From Oceanispirochaeta sp. (GTDB taxonomy: Bacteria > Spirochaetota > Spirochaetia > DSM-2461), in contig CAXXOA010000003.1 of assembly GCA_963666275.2 (NCBI GenBank), positions 1-64,000 on the forward strand: 64,000 nt of DNA, given 5' to 3'. The notes beneath the pieces are model-generated. The model saw nothing but the letters and a program-made list of their open reading frames with translations. It was not told the origin of the DNA and made no database searches. The translations under genes and the position numbers were made by a program. Of this stretch, positions 48,691-58,149 are shown piece after piece; position 1 is the first letter of the stretch; the number at the start of each line of letters is the position of its first letter.

Positions 48691-49965
48691 ATGGCTTTAA
48701 AAGATTTAAGACCCATGATGGAACGGTGCAGCAGCTGCGCTGGCTGTAAATTCATTCCATTTGAAAAAATAAAAAGCTTAAGATTTGCGGAAAACTGTCC
48801 CAGTATAGGTTATTACAATTTTACAACCTATTCTGCCAGAGGCCGTTTCCAGCTGAGCCAGAGTATTCTGGACGGTAGAACAGATCTTAATGACACGGTA
48901 ACCGAGACAATTCACTCCTGTACTTCCTGCGGACTTTGTGATGTGACATGTAAGGTAACAAGATACAATCTGGAACCCCTGGAACACAACATTGCTCTGA
49001 AAGCTCACGCTGTAAAGGAAGGCGCTGTCCTTCCCGGTCAGAAAGCTGTTATGGACAATCTTGCAAAAGAAAACAGCATGATCCCCGGAACAAAGAAATC
49101 CGGCAGAACCGACTGGGCCAAAGGCTTGAAAATGAAAGATCTTTTCAAGGAAAAAGGCGAAGTGGCATTCTTTGCGGGATGTAAATACAGCTATGACAGC
49201 AAGCTTCAGAAAGTGGCTCAGGATGCTGTTCGAGTCCTTCAGAGTGCCGGTGTGGATCTGGGATACCTGGGATCAGCCGACAACTGCTGTACCGGCCGGG
49301 CCAAGCAGATGGGATTTGTGGATGAGTTTGAAAAAGGTGCCAACACCAACATCAAAGCCTTCGAAAAGGCCGGTGTTAAAACCATCGTAACCCCCTGTTC
49401 CGACTGCTACCATACCTTCAAAAGAGAGTATGCCGCTCTGGGAATGGATGTTGAAGTTCTGCACGTTGTTGAATACATCGACAGGCTGATCAAAGAAGGC
49501 AAGATCAAATTCACCAAGTCCATCCCCATGACCGTGACCTACCATGATCCCTGTCACCTGGGACGACTGGGTGAGAAACATGAACCATGGGAAGGAACTG
49601 ACAAGAAGATTTTCAATCAGGTCCATATCTATGAACCCAGAAAACCCCGGTACAACGGAATCGACGGGATCTATGATGCTCCCAGAAATATCCTGGAAGC
49701 CATCCCTGGTGTGAAACTGACTGAAATGGAAAGGATCCGGGAGTACTCCTGGTGCTGCGGTGCCGGTGGCGGATGCAGCGAAACCCTTCCCGAGTATTCA
49801 TCCTGGACCGCTGGAGAGAGAGTTGCCGAAGCCAATGCGACAGGTGCTGATGCTATGGTCACAGCCTGTCCCTGGTGTAAAGACAACTTTATGAAAGCGG
49901 AAGATGAAGATGGCAACACCATTGAAGTCATGGACATCATCGAACTTGTCCAGCAGGCACTTTAA
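48691..49965 (+). CDS. Fe-S oxidoreductase (4Fe-4S + CCG domains, GlcF/GlpC-like)
   Basis: CSSCAGC, CTSCGLCDVTC, YHDPCHLGR, CCGAGGG, TACPWC. Confidence 0.9.
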   Translation: MALKDLRPMMERCSSCAGCKFIPFEKIKSLRFAENCPSIGYYNFTTYSARGRFQLSQSILDGRTDLNDTVTETIHSCTSCGLCDVTCKVTRYNLEPLEHNIALKAHAVKEGAVLPGQKAVMDNLAKENSMIPGTKKSGRTDWAKGLKMKDLFKEKGEVAFFAGCKYSYDSKLQKVAQDAVRVLQSAGVDLGYLGSADNCCTGRAKQMGFVDEFEKGANTNIKAFEKAGVKTIVTPCSDCYHTFKREYAALGMDVEVLHVVEYIDRLIKEGKIKFTKSIPMTVTYHDPCHLGRLGEKHEPWEGTDKKIFNQVHIYEPRKPRYNGIDGIYDAPRNILEAIPGVKLTEMERIREYSWCCGAGGGCSETLPEYSSWTAGERVAEANATGADAMVTACPWCKDNFMKAEDEDGNTIEVMDIIELVQQAL

Positions 49966-49980
49966 GGAAGGAGGAAAAAT

Positions 49981-51645
49981 ATGGCTTTATCAAGAGAAAT
50001 ATACCAGGCCCTTGAAGACGTAGTAGGAAAGAAAAATATTTCCGAAGACATCGGGGTTTGCGAAACATACAGAAGTATTCCCTCTCAGACTTCGGCCCAC
50101 TACGGACCTTCAAAAGAGTGGACACCTCTTCCCCAGGCGGTTGTACTGCCCGGAAGTACGGAAGAAGTTCAGAGTATTGTTAAAATCTGTAACAAATACG
50201 GAATTGAATTCAAAGCGGGATCTACCTTCTGGGCTACCATGGCCTATATCGGTGGAGACAACGCCATTCAGCTGGATATGCGCCGCATGAAAAGCGTTGA
50301 AATTGACGTGAAAAATATGCACGCTGTGGTTGAACCCTTCGCTATTGCCGCAACCGTTCAGGCTGAAGCCATGAAGGTTGGACTGAACCTGAATATTCCC
50401 GGTGTAGGATGCAGCAGCTCCGTACTGGCCAGCAGTTCCGGATGGGCCGGATTCGGTCCTGCCTCGATCTTCATGGGTGCCAACCCCGAAAACCTCCTCG
50501 GAGCCGAATGGGTGCTCCCTAACGGAGAAATCATCAGAACCGGTTCTCTCGGTTCGGGTGACGGATGGTTCTGCGGTGAAGGCCCCGGACCCAGTACCAG
50601 AGGTATCCTGAGAGGGATCTTCGGCCCTGCCGGTGCGATGGGTGTCTGTACCAAACTCGCGACAAGACTTCACCCCTGGCCCGGTCCCAAAGAGTTCAAA
50701 ACCTACGGAAAGGCTCCCGCCTACAAAGCGGACTTCGGGGATAACTTTAAATGCTATACCCTCTGCTACCCCAGCTGGGAAGCCTGGGCAAGGAGTGTAC
50801 AGTATTTCCACGAAAGTGATGTCCTGTACATCGGTCATAGACAGTTCAACATGTTCGGAAGAAACCTCAAAGCTTTTATGCTGAACATCATTACTGACGA
50901 AACCAAACAGCTTTCCGATCTGCCTGAGCTTCTGAAAGATCCTGAAATCCAGAAACACAATGACAATATGAAGCTTGACTATCAGGTTGTTATTGCGGGA
51001 ATGACTCCCCGGGATATGGAGTATAAGGAAAAGGCCATCGATTACATCCTGGAACAGACCGGCGGATGGAAGCATGAAATGATGCTGGAGAAAGATAAGC
51101 ATGACTACGCTCTGGCCTACATGACAAGACTGGGACACAAGAACCTGAACTTCGTTATGTGCGGTGCCTACGAAGGTACATTTGGTCTTTCCGGAAACGT
51201 ATGGAAAACCATTCAGGTTGTTGAAGAAGCGTCTGCACAGAAAAGAAAATGGGAAACAGAAGAGACCTGTATTGCCGCTACCGGTGGTGACTCCGCCATG
51301 GGGGGTGTCTCCGGAATGGGGGGAGGAGGAGCCACCGGTTGGGAATTCTTTACCAACTTCGACTCCTACTATCCCAAGTCTGTGGAAGGCACCTGTAAAA
51401 TGGTGGATGAAAACCAGCAGTTCCACAACAAGTATTCCTTCGGTCCTGATTTCTGCCGCTGGAATTCGGATGTCCGTCATATGAACGGTTACAACTACAC
51501 TCAGGAGGAACACGATGATATTTTCAAAAATGCTCCCCAGCCCTGGGTATTTGCCTACCAGTATAAAATCCGTCAGGCTGTGAATCCCAACAACCTCTGC
51601 GGAAGCTATCTGAGAACTCTCACTCCCGAAAAGATAACGGGATAG
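49981..51645 (+). CDS. FAD-binding oxidoreductase (GlcD/VAO superfamily)
   Basis: PQAVVLPGSTEEVQ, LDMRRM, EWVLPNGEIIRTGS. Confidence 0.85.
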   Translation: MALSREIYQALEDVVGKKNISEDIGVCETYRSIPSQTSAHYGPSKEWTPLPQAVVLPGSTEEVQSIVKICNKYGIEFKAGSTFWATMAYIGGDNAIQLDMRRMKSVEIDVKNMHAVVEPFAIAATVQAEAMKVGLNLNIPGVGCSSSVLASSSGWAGFGPASIFMGANPENLLGAEWVLPNGEIIRTGSLGSGDGWFCGEGPGPSTRGILRGIFGPAGAMGVCTKLATRLHPWPGPKEFKTYGKAPAYKADFGDNFKCYTLCYPSWEAWARSVQYFHESDVLYIGHRQFNMFGRNLKAFMLNIITDETKQLSDLPELLKDPEIQKHNDNMKLDYQVVIAGMTPRDMEYKEKAIDYILEQTGGWKHEMMLEKDKHDYALAYMTRLGHKNLNFVMCGAYEGTFGLSGNVWKTIQVVEEASAQKRKWETEETCIAATGGDSAMGGVSGMGGGGATGWEFFTNFDSYYPKSVEGTCKMVDENQQFHNKYSFGPDFCRWNSDVRHMNGYNYTQEEHDDIFKNAPQPWVFAYQYKIRQAVNPNNLCGSYLRTLTPEKITG

Positions 51646-51905
51646 TAAAAGGTAATTTGCAGGGACTATCCTCTGCATAGTAATTGTGTTGCTCTGCAGC
51701 AGCCGATTGATCATCGGCTGCTGCGTCTTTTTGTGTGATAGGAGCGTCAAAGCAATGAGCTCCGATTCTCAATTCAATCCATCTGCTGCCGGCCTTAAAT
51801 CTGATATAAGAGTCATTCATATTCTTTCTGGGGGATAGCCGTTATGCGGAGTCTGTATATCAGTGCGAATTCTTTTTTAAAAATTATGTATACCTAAAAT
51901 CTTGC

Positions 51906-51938
51906 TTGACATCCGGAGATTCCAATTTATACTGGAAT
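51906..51938 (+). promoter_or_regulatory. Promoter with palindrome over the -10 (candidate TetR operator)
   Basis: TTGACA-N16-TATACT; ATTCCA-N8-TGGAAT. Confidence 0.5.
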
Positions 51939-51964
51939 TTCAGGAGACAAAAAAGGGGGAAACT

Positions 51965-52966
51965 ATGACAGAAAAGGAGAACTGGTTCCGTCTAATCAGG
52001 AATGAGAATCCCGGGTGGATTACAACACCCTGGGAGGCTTTTGAAGGGAATTTCTATGGGAACACCTTTGTTCTGGATCCCATATACACAGCGTTCAAGG
52101 GGGATGCAGTGCTGGGAACCTATTCCGATCAATGGGGTGTAACCTGGAAGTGGATTGAAGGACACAGACCGAATCCCTATGTGACAGAAGAGAATAAAGC
52201 CATTACCGATATAACAAAGTGGAAGGAACAGATCATCTTTCCCCCTCTGGAAGGTCATGACTGGGAATCGGCCGAACAGGTTGCCTCAAAAGTCGATAGG
52301 AGCGAGAAAATCGTCGGAAACATGCTTGTTGGGGGGCTTTTCGAACTGACCCACTACCTGATGGGATTTCAGGATGCCCTGTGTAACTACATGCTCGAGC
52401 CTGATCATATGTATGATCTAGTCGGAGCCCTGGCGGACTGGAAGATAGAGCATCTGAGGCAGGTCATCAGGCATATTGAACCGGACGTTGTGCTTTTTCA
52501 TGATGACTGGGGCAATAAGGATAACCTCTTTCTTCCCCCGGATGTCTGGAGAGCTGTGATTAAACCGCACCAGAAAAGGATTGTGGACTTTGTCAAAGCC
52601 CATGATGTCATGTATCTTCACCACTCGGACAGTATCTGCGAACCTATCATAGAGGATATGGTGGAACTGGGTATTGATGCCTGGCAGGGTGTGATCCCCC
52701 AGAATGATATAGTGGGAATCCAGAAGCAGCTGAAAGGACGTATGGCTATGATCGGGGGAATTGATGCCCAGGTGATCGATATGGCCGAGGCAGACGAGAA
52801 AGTTATACGGAATGAGGTAAGGAAATGCATGGATACCTACTGTCCTCAGGGGCATTTTATTCCCTGTATTCCCAATATCCTTCCTATTTTTCCGGATGTG
52901 AATGCCATTTACGAGGATGAACTGAAAAGCTACGGCAAAACCTTCTATTCTACGGTAGGGGTGTGA
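51965..52966 (+). CDS. URO-D/MtaA-family protein (possible methyltransferase)
   Basis: DQWGVTW, GLFE...LMGF, HDDWG, HHSDS, GGIDAQ. Confidence 0.8.
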   Translation: MTEKENWFRLIRNENPGWITTPWEAFEGNFYGNTFVLDPIYTAFKGDAVLGTYSDQWGVTWKWIEGHRPNPYVTEENKAITDITKWKEQIIFPPLEGHDWESAEQVASKVDRSEKIVGNMLVGGLFELTHYLMGFQDALCNYMLEPDHMYDLVGALADWKIEHLRQVIRHIEPDVVLFHDDWGNKDNLFLPPDVWRAVIKPHQKRIVDFVKAHDVMYLHHSDSICEPIIEDMVELGIDAWQGVIPQNDIVGIQKQLKGRMAMIGGIDAQVIDMAEADEKVIRNEVRKCMDTYCPQGHFIPCIPNILPIFPDVNAIYEDELKSYGKTFYSTVGV

Positions 52967-53630
52967 TTTTCACCTGGAAGTAGTTCTGAAGTTCAACTGA
53001 AATACGATCAAAGAGGGTCAGGCTCTTTTCCATAATGTCCGATATCTCTTCCTCTCCCAGGCCTAATGACTGGAACATGAGCCTGATTCTCATTCTGATG
53101 AAATCGTCTACAGTGACCTGAAGATAGCCTTCGATCATTTTCATTGTGATTCCAAGGGTCAGAGACGAGTTGGCCACCTGAATCATTTTTATCTCATTTT
53201 CGCTGAGGGGAAGGTTGTACTCTCTTACGTGCATTTCCCAGAAATCTTTCATAAGCAGGAGTTCATACTCCATATAGACTCCCTCCAGGGATATCTCATA
53301 GATAAACCTCTTCAGATTTTCATCGGAAAATTTGATTTTTGTGTAGATAATCTGTTCCAGAGAGGTGGCGACTCTCAAATCATAGGGTTCATTCAGTTCT
53401 CTGAATAGCTTTTTTACCGCTTCTTTGATCTGTATCCGAAAGTCAGAATGGATTTCTCCGGCTATGGCTTTTTTTGATTTGAAGTAGTAGGTAATGAGGC
53501 CCTGATTCAGTCCGGTATGATCCAGAATATTCACATAGGTGGTTTTCTTATACCCCTTTTTGTAGAAGAGTTCTCTGTAGGCATTGAGGATAGTAGATCT
53601 TGTTTTCTGTCCTGTCGGATATCCGGCCAT
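52950..53630 (-). CDS. TetR-family regulator
   Basis: ELFYKKGYKKTT...GLITYYFKSK. Confidence 0.88.
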   Translation of the reverse strand: MAGYPTGQKTRSTILNAYRELFYKKGYKKTTYVNILDHTGLNQGLITYYFKSKKAIAGEIHSDFRIQIKEAVKKLFRELNEPYDLRVATSLEQIIYTKIKFSDENLKRFIYEISLEGVYMEYELLLMKDFWEMHVREYNLPLSENEIKMIQVANSSLTLGITMKMIEGYLQVTVDDFIRMRIRLMFQSLGLGEEEISDIMEKSLTLFDRISVELQNYFQVKITPLP

Positions 53631-53839
53631 ATATTATTTAATCTCTTTCACGGGTTCAAAATACTCCTGGGGAGGAGAGGGGGCAGTCATACCATAACAG
53701 AATCAATCTGCCGGTTCAATCAGCAGGCAGAAAGAAATAGACAGGGATAAATAAAATTGACGGATCCGGATTCCTGACTTAAAATAATAGAATATATTCA
53801 CCGAATAATTTCAATTTGAATGATCATTGGAACAATAAT

Positions 53840-54697
53840 ATGAATGAAGGCTGGATCAAAGACAATTACTCCATAGGCGAAATATCAGAAATCTTCGGAA
53901 TCCCGAAAAAAATGCTGCGCTATTGGGACAGCATCGATCTCTTAAAGCCCTATACAATTGATGAAATCAATAACTACAGGTATTACTCGTCCTCCCAGTT
54001 CTACCTGCTGAATTTTATTAAATACCTGAGGAATCTGGGTGTGGCCTATTCCGAAATCAAGATGAAGATGAATGAAACCCATATCAACAGCCTGGAGCAG
54101 CTCATCAAAGAGCAGATTCTGGAAAGTGAAAAGCGGATACGGGAGATTCACCGGAACAAGAAAATCCTGGCCTCCCATCTGGCAGACATAGAAATGGTAA
54201 AGGAAACCTCGGAACTGGAGGTCGACACCATCATGATTCACCATAGGGAAGAAGAGCAGTTCATCTGTCTGGAGCACACTGTGGACAGTCGGGAGAATTT
54301 TGAAATAGCTATGAGGCGTATGGAGCAGATCCTCTGCGGCCATCCCATGCTCCTTGTGTCTCAGGTCAGCCTTATTATGAGCCGGGAAAACTTCTTTGAT
54401 GGAGAGTATATCCGGTTTAAATCGATCAATGTTCCCTGCGGTTTGTATAAAACCAGAAAGAAACAGAATATTATAAGCTTTCCAGAAGGTTTGTATGCCT
54501 CTGTTAAGTTCTGGGGAAATGTGGCCAACTCCGCCCCTGTCTATGAACAGATGAGGGAGTATTTACAAAAGAAAAATTACTCTATTATAGGTGATATAAG
54601 AAGAACTCCCATTTCTGTCGGTACAAAAGAGGGGAGTCATGATCACCTTGCCGAGCTGATCATTCCGATAGAAAATAATCTTGAAAAAAGTTTTTGA
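53840..54697 (+). CDS. MerR-family regulator with GyrI-like effector domain (BmrR-like)
   Basis: YSIGEIS..LRYWDSIDLLKP...YRYYS; C-terminal FPEGLYA...ELIIPI. Confidence 0.88.
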   Translation: MNEGWIKDNYSIGEISEIFGIPKKMLRYWDSIDLLKPYTIDEINNYRYYSSSQFYLLNFIKYLRNLGVAYSEIKMKMNETHINSLEQLIKEQILESEKRIREIHRNKKILASHLADIEMVKETSELEVDTIMIHHREEEQFICLEHTVDSRENFEIAMRRMEQILCGHPMLLVSQVSLIMSRENFFDGEYIRFKSINVPCGLYKTRKKQNIISFPEGLYASVKFWGNVANSAPVYEQMREYLQKKNYSIIGDIRRTPISVGTKEGSHDHLAELIIPIENNLEKSF

Positions 54698-54724
54698 CCT
54701 TCCCACCTTGGGAAGGTCTACAAT
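54694..54724 (+). promoter_or_regulatory. MerR-type promoter
   Basis: TTGACC-N19-TACAAT with perfect dyad GACCTTCCCA-CCT-TGGGAAGGTC. Confidence 0.88.
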
Positions 54725-54758
54725 CATTTTAAGTTTCCGAAAAACAAGGATTTTCACT

Positions 54759-55685
54759 ATGTCTGAAAAAAATACTCAGGGTATGGTTTTTGATATTCAG
54801 CCCTGTTCCATTCATGACGGTCCGGGGATACGAACCACCGTTTTTTTGAACGGATGCTATCTGCGCTGTAAATGGTGTCAGAATCCCGAATCTTTTTCAC
54901 TGAAACCCGTACTTTCCTATTCGGCTGATAAATGCACCGGATGCGGAATGTGCCTGACTGTCTGTCCGAATAATGCCATTACCCTGCAGCCGGATGGAAA
55001 AACAAAAAATAACCGGGAACTCTGTGATGCCTGCGGTGCCTGTGTGACCGTGTGTCCGGCCAATGCCAGAAGTATTATAGGCAAGTCCTACACAGCTCAG
55101 GAGATCCTGGAAATTGTAGAAAAAGACAGGGTCTTTTATGAGGGTTCCGGAGGCGGCGTGACTCTGAGCGGAGGAGAGATCCTTTTTCAGAACGACTTTG
55201 CCCGGGAAGTTCTGAAGCTCTGCAGAGAAGCGGGACTTTCTACAGCTGTTGAAACCACAGGGCATGCAGACTGGGAGAAAGTCCGGGATGTCCTGCAGTA
55301 CGCCGATGTGGTTCTCTACGACCTGAAGCACATGGATTCTGATAGGCATAAAGAGGCCACAGGAGTGGGAAACCGGAAGATCCTTGAAAATATCAAACTC
55401 ATAAAACACGAGCTGAAAAAGGAGATCTATATCAGAATCCCTGTGATTCCCGGATTCAATGACTCATCAGAAAATCTGATGGAGACAGCGACTTTTATCA
55501 GGGAGGAACTGGGGCAGGATACAAAAATCAACCTGCTTCCCTATCACAGACTGGGGCTTGGAAAGTGGGAACTGCTGGAGCAGCCGGTGGTACCTTTCGA
55601 AGCGGAGCCGCCCACAGGCGAGCAAATGGAATATGCAAAAAATATTTTTTCCCTTCAGGGACTAACTGCGGGAATAGGAGGATGA
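54759..55685 (+). CDS. Glycyl-radical enzyme activase (radical SAM, ferredoxin insert)
   Basis: HDGPGIRT, CYLRCKWCQNPE, two CxxCxxCxxxC motifs, GVTLSGGE. Confidence 0.95.
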   Translation: MSEKNTQGMVFDIQPCSIHDGPGIRTTVFLNGCYLRCKWCQNPESFSLKPVLSYSADKCTGCGMCLTVCPNNAITLQPDGKTKNNRELCDACGACVTVCPANARSIIGKSYTAQEILEIVEKDRVFYEGSGGGVTLSGGEILFQNDFAREVLKLCREAGLSTAVETTGHADWEKVRDVLQYADVVLYDLKHMDSDRHKEATGVGNRKILENIKLIKHELKKEIYIRIPVIPGFNDSSENLMETATFIREELGQDTKINLLPYHRLGLGKWELLEQPVVPFEAEPPTGEQMEYAKNIFSLQGLTAGIGG

Positions 55686-55689
55686 TCAT

Positions 55690-58083
55690 ATGACGAAAAG
55701 GATCGAAAGAATGCTGGGGAATCTGAAGATTGACAAGTATCCCCTCTGCATTGAAAAATTCAGGATTGCCACGAAAACACTGGCGGAAACAGAGGGGGAA
55801 CCCAATGTCCTCCGGCGTGCCAAAATCATGAAGAATGTTCTTGAGAACATAACGATCTTCATCGAAGACGGAGAACTCTTTGCCGGCGCGGGAGCCAGTA
55901 AACCCTTTGGTCTGGAGATCGACTACGAGTATGGTACATGGACCCAGGATGAGATTGATTCCCTGAAATCTGAGAACTATACTATTACTCCCGAAGATGA
56001 GGCGGAGCTTCAGCACATCAATAACACCTATGAGATTCACAGCCTTGTGTCTACCATGGGAGCTGTCTTCTTTGAAAACAAACAGCTCTGGCCTTTTATG
56101 AAAGCCGGAATGATCCTTCCCCCCTGGAAAGGGAAAAAAGAGGGAAGCGGCGGAGGCTATGCCCAGTCTGGACTGGGACTCGGCCCCGGGTTCTTCCTGG
56201 TGGGGATGGATTTCGAGAGGATGCTGAATGACGGTTCCCTGAAAATAATCGCCGAGTGCGAAGCCGAACTGGAAGCCATGAAGGCCAGAGGGGAAGATAA
56301 CCGGGAAGGAGAGGATTTCCTCAATGCCGTTATCATTGTTCACAAAGCCATTATCAACTTTGCCGAACGATATGCCGTACTGGCAGAATCCATGGCAGCA
56401 GATGAGAAAGATAAAACCAGAGCAGAAGAGCTTCTTCGAATAGCCGCAGCCTGCCGTAAGGTCCCTGCCCATCCGGCAGAGTCATTCTTCGAAGCGATCC
56501 AGTCCTTCTGGTTCTCCTTCCTCTTTGCCTCTCCCTCTCCCACCACTGCGGGAGCCCGGTTTGACCAGTTCATGTACCCCTTTTACAGGAAGGATATCGA
56601 AAGCGGAGCCACCTCAGACGAGGAAGTTCTGGAACTGCTTGAAGTTCTGAGAATCAAGGATATGAAGCTCAACAGGGTCTCGGGAAAACAGAACAGAAAA
56701 AAGAATGCGGGAATGGCCAAATGGCATAACTGGACCATCGGCGGTGTGGATTCCCAGGGCAATGACGCCAGCAACAAGCTCTCCTATCTGCTCCTGGATG
56801 CTGCTATTGAGACCAAGGTTCCCCACCATACCATTACCCTGCGGGTTCATGACAAAACCCCAGATGATCTTATGGTGAAAGCCCTGGAAGTGGTGAAAGC
56901 CGGCCTTGGCCTGCCCGCCTTTGTGGGCGACAAGTCGTATATAAATTTCTTCAGAATGAAGGGAATGAGCCTGGAGGATTCCCGGAATTATATTATGACA
57001 GGCTGTCTGGACGGAAACATTCCTGCCAAGGCCAGAACCGTTGCGGTTGGTATGTTCCTGGTGGCGCTGGGATATGACATTTTCATGCACAACGGATTCA
57101 ACAACGGAACCGGGGAAATGGTGGGAATCAAAACCGGCGATGTGACAGAAATGGCCGACTTTGAAGAGTACAAGAGCGCTTTCTACAAACAGCTCGACTA
57201 TCTGCTGGAACTGGCTGTCGAAAAGAGCAACATCGAACTGAAAGCCGAACAGGACCTCTTTCCCGATCCCTTCCGTTCTTCTCTGATGAAAGATGCCATT
57301 AAAGAGAAAAAGGATATTCTCAGAAGGACTATGCCTCTGGAAAACGGCCTTGTTCTGTGTACCATCGGGGCTATCAATGTGGCCGACTCTATGGCCGCGG
57401 TGAAAAAGCTTGTCTTTGAAGAGAAGAAATACACCATGCAGGAGTTAATGACAGCCCTGGATTCCAACTGGGAAGGTTATGAAGTTATGCGAAATGATTT
57501 CATAGAAGCCCCCAAATATGGTAACGACGAAGACTACGTAGACCTTCTGGCTGCAGAACTCTACTCCCATATAGAAAAGAAGCTGGCTTCCATGGATACC
57601 TATTACGGAGGAAAAGCTGTAACAACAGCCATTTCCATTACGTCCCATCAGCCCGGTGGAGCCCTGACGGGAGCTACTCCTGATGGAAGAAAAAAAGGTG
57701 AGATACTGGCGGATGGAAGTATGTCTCCCATGCACGGGTACGACAAGAAAGGCCCCACCGGTGTTCTCAAAAGTGCCATGAAAATTGACCAGGATCCCTA
57801 TCAGGCAACCCTGCTCAATATGAAGTTCCATCCTTCTGCGCTCAGCAGTGAGGCGGATATGGTGAAACTGGGGAATCTGATCAAAACCTATTTCTCCCAG
57901 GGCGGTAAACACATGCAGTTCAATATTGTGGACAAAGGCCAGTTAATCGAGGCCAAGGAAACCCCCGAGGAGCATCAGGACCTGGTTGTCCGGGTGGCCG
58001 GATACAGTGCGTATTTTACAGCTCTCGGCACAGAAATGCAGGATGAAATCATCGAGAGAACAGAGTTCACAACGGTTGGTTAA
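55690..58083 (+). CDS. Glycyl radical enzyme of unassigned class
   Basis: RVAGYS (Gly771), single-Cys loop MTGCLDG (Cys439), ATPDGR. Confidence 0.93.
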   Translation: MTKRIERMLGNLKIDKYPLCIEKFRIATKTLAETEGEPNVLRRAKIMKNVLENITIFIEDGELFAGAGASKPFGLEIDYEYGTWTQDEIDSLKSENYTITPEDEAELQHINNTYEIHSLVSTMGAVFFENKQLWPFMKAGMILPPWKGKKEGSGGGYAQSGLGLGPGFFLVGMDFERMLNDGSLKIIAECEAELEAMKARGEDNREGEDFLNAVIIVHKAIINFAERYAVLAESMAADEKDKTRAEELLRIAAACRKVPAHPAESFFEAIQSFWFSFLFASPSPTTAGARFDQFMYPFYRKDIESGATSDEEVLELLEVLRIKDMKLNRVSGKQNRKKNAGMAKWHNWTIGGVDSQGNDASNKLSYLLLDAAIETKVPHHTITLRVHDKTPDDLMVKALEVVKAGLGLPAFVGDKSYINFFRMKGMSLEDSRNYIMTGCLDGNIPAKARTVAVGMFLVALGYDIFMHNGFNNGTGEMVGIKTGDVTEMADFEEYKSAFYKQLDYLLELAVEKSNIELKAEQDLFPDPFRSSLMKDAIKEKKDILRRTMPLENGLVLCTIGAINVADSMAAVKKLVFEEKKYTMQELMTALDSNWEGYEVMRNDFIEAPKYGNDEDYVDLLAAELYSHIEKKLASMDTYYGGKAVTTAISITSHQPGGALTGATPDGRKKGEILADGSMSPMHGYDKKGPTGVLKSAMKIDQDPYQATLLNMKFHPSALSSEADMVKLGNLIKTYFSQGGKHMQFNIVDKGQLIEAKETPEEHQDLVVRVAGYSAYFTALGTEMQDEIIERTEFTTVG

Positions 58084-58149
58084 TCATTCCGCACCGGAAA
58101 AAAAAGGATTAGGGATCCGGTGCGGATATAATAGAAAAAGGAGGACTTT

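Noticed and set aside
50110..51750. 546-aa antisense ORF
   Set aside because: Mirrors the well-supported FAD oxidoreductase on the opposite strand and has no recognisable motifs; likely a codon-bias shadow.
55690..58083. Pyruvate formate-lyase or choline TMA-lyase call
   Set aside because: No Cys-Cys pair, no GCVE motif and no microcompartment genes.
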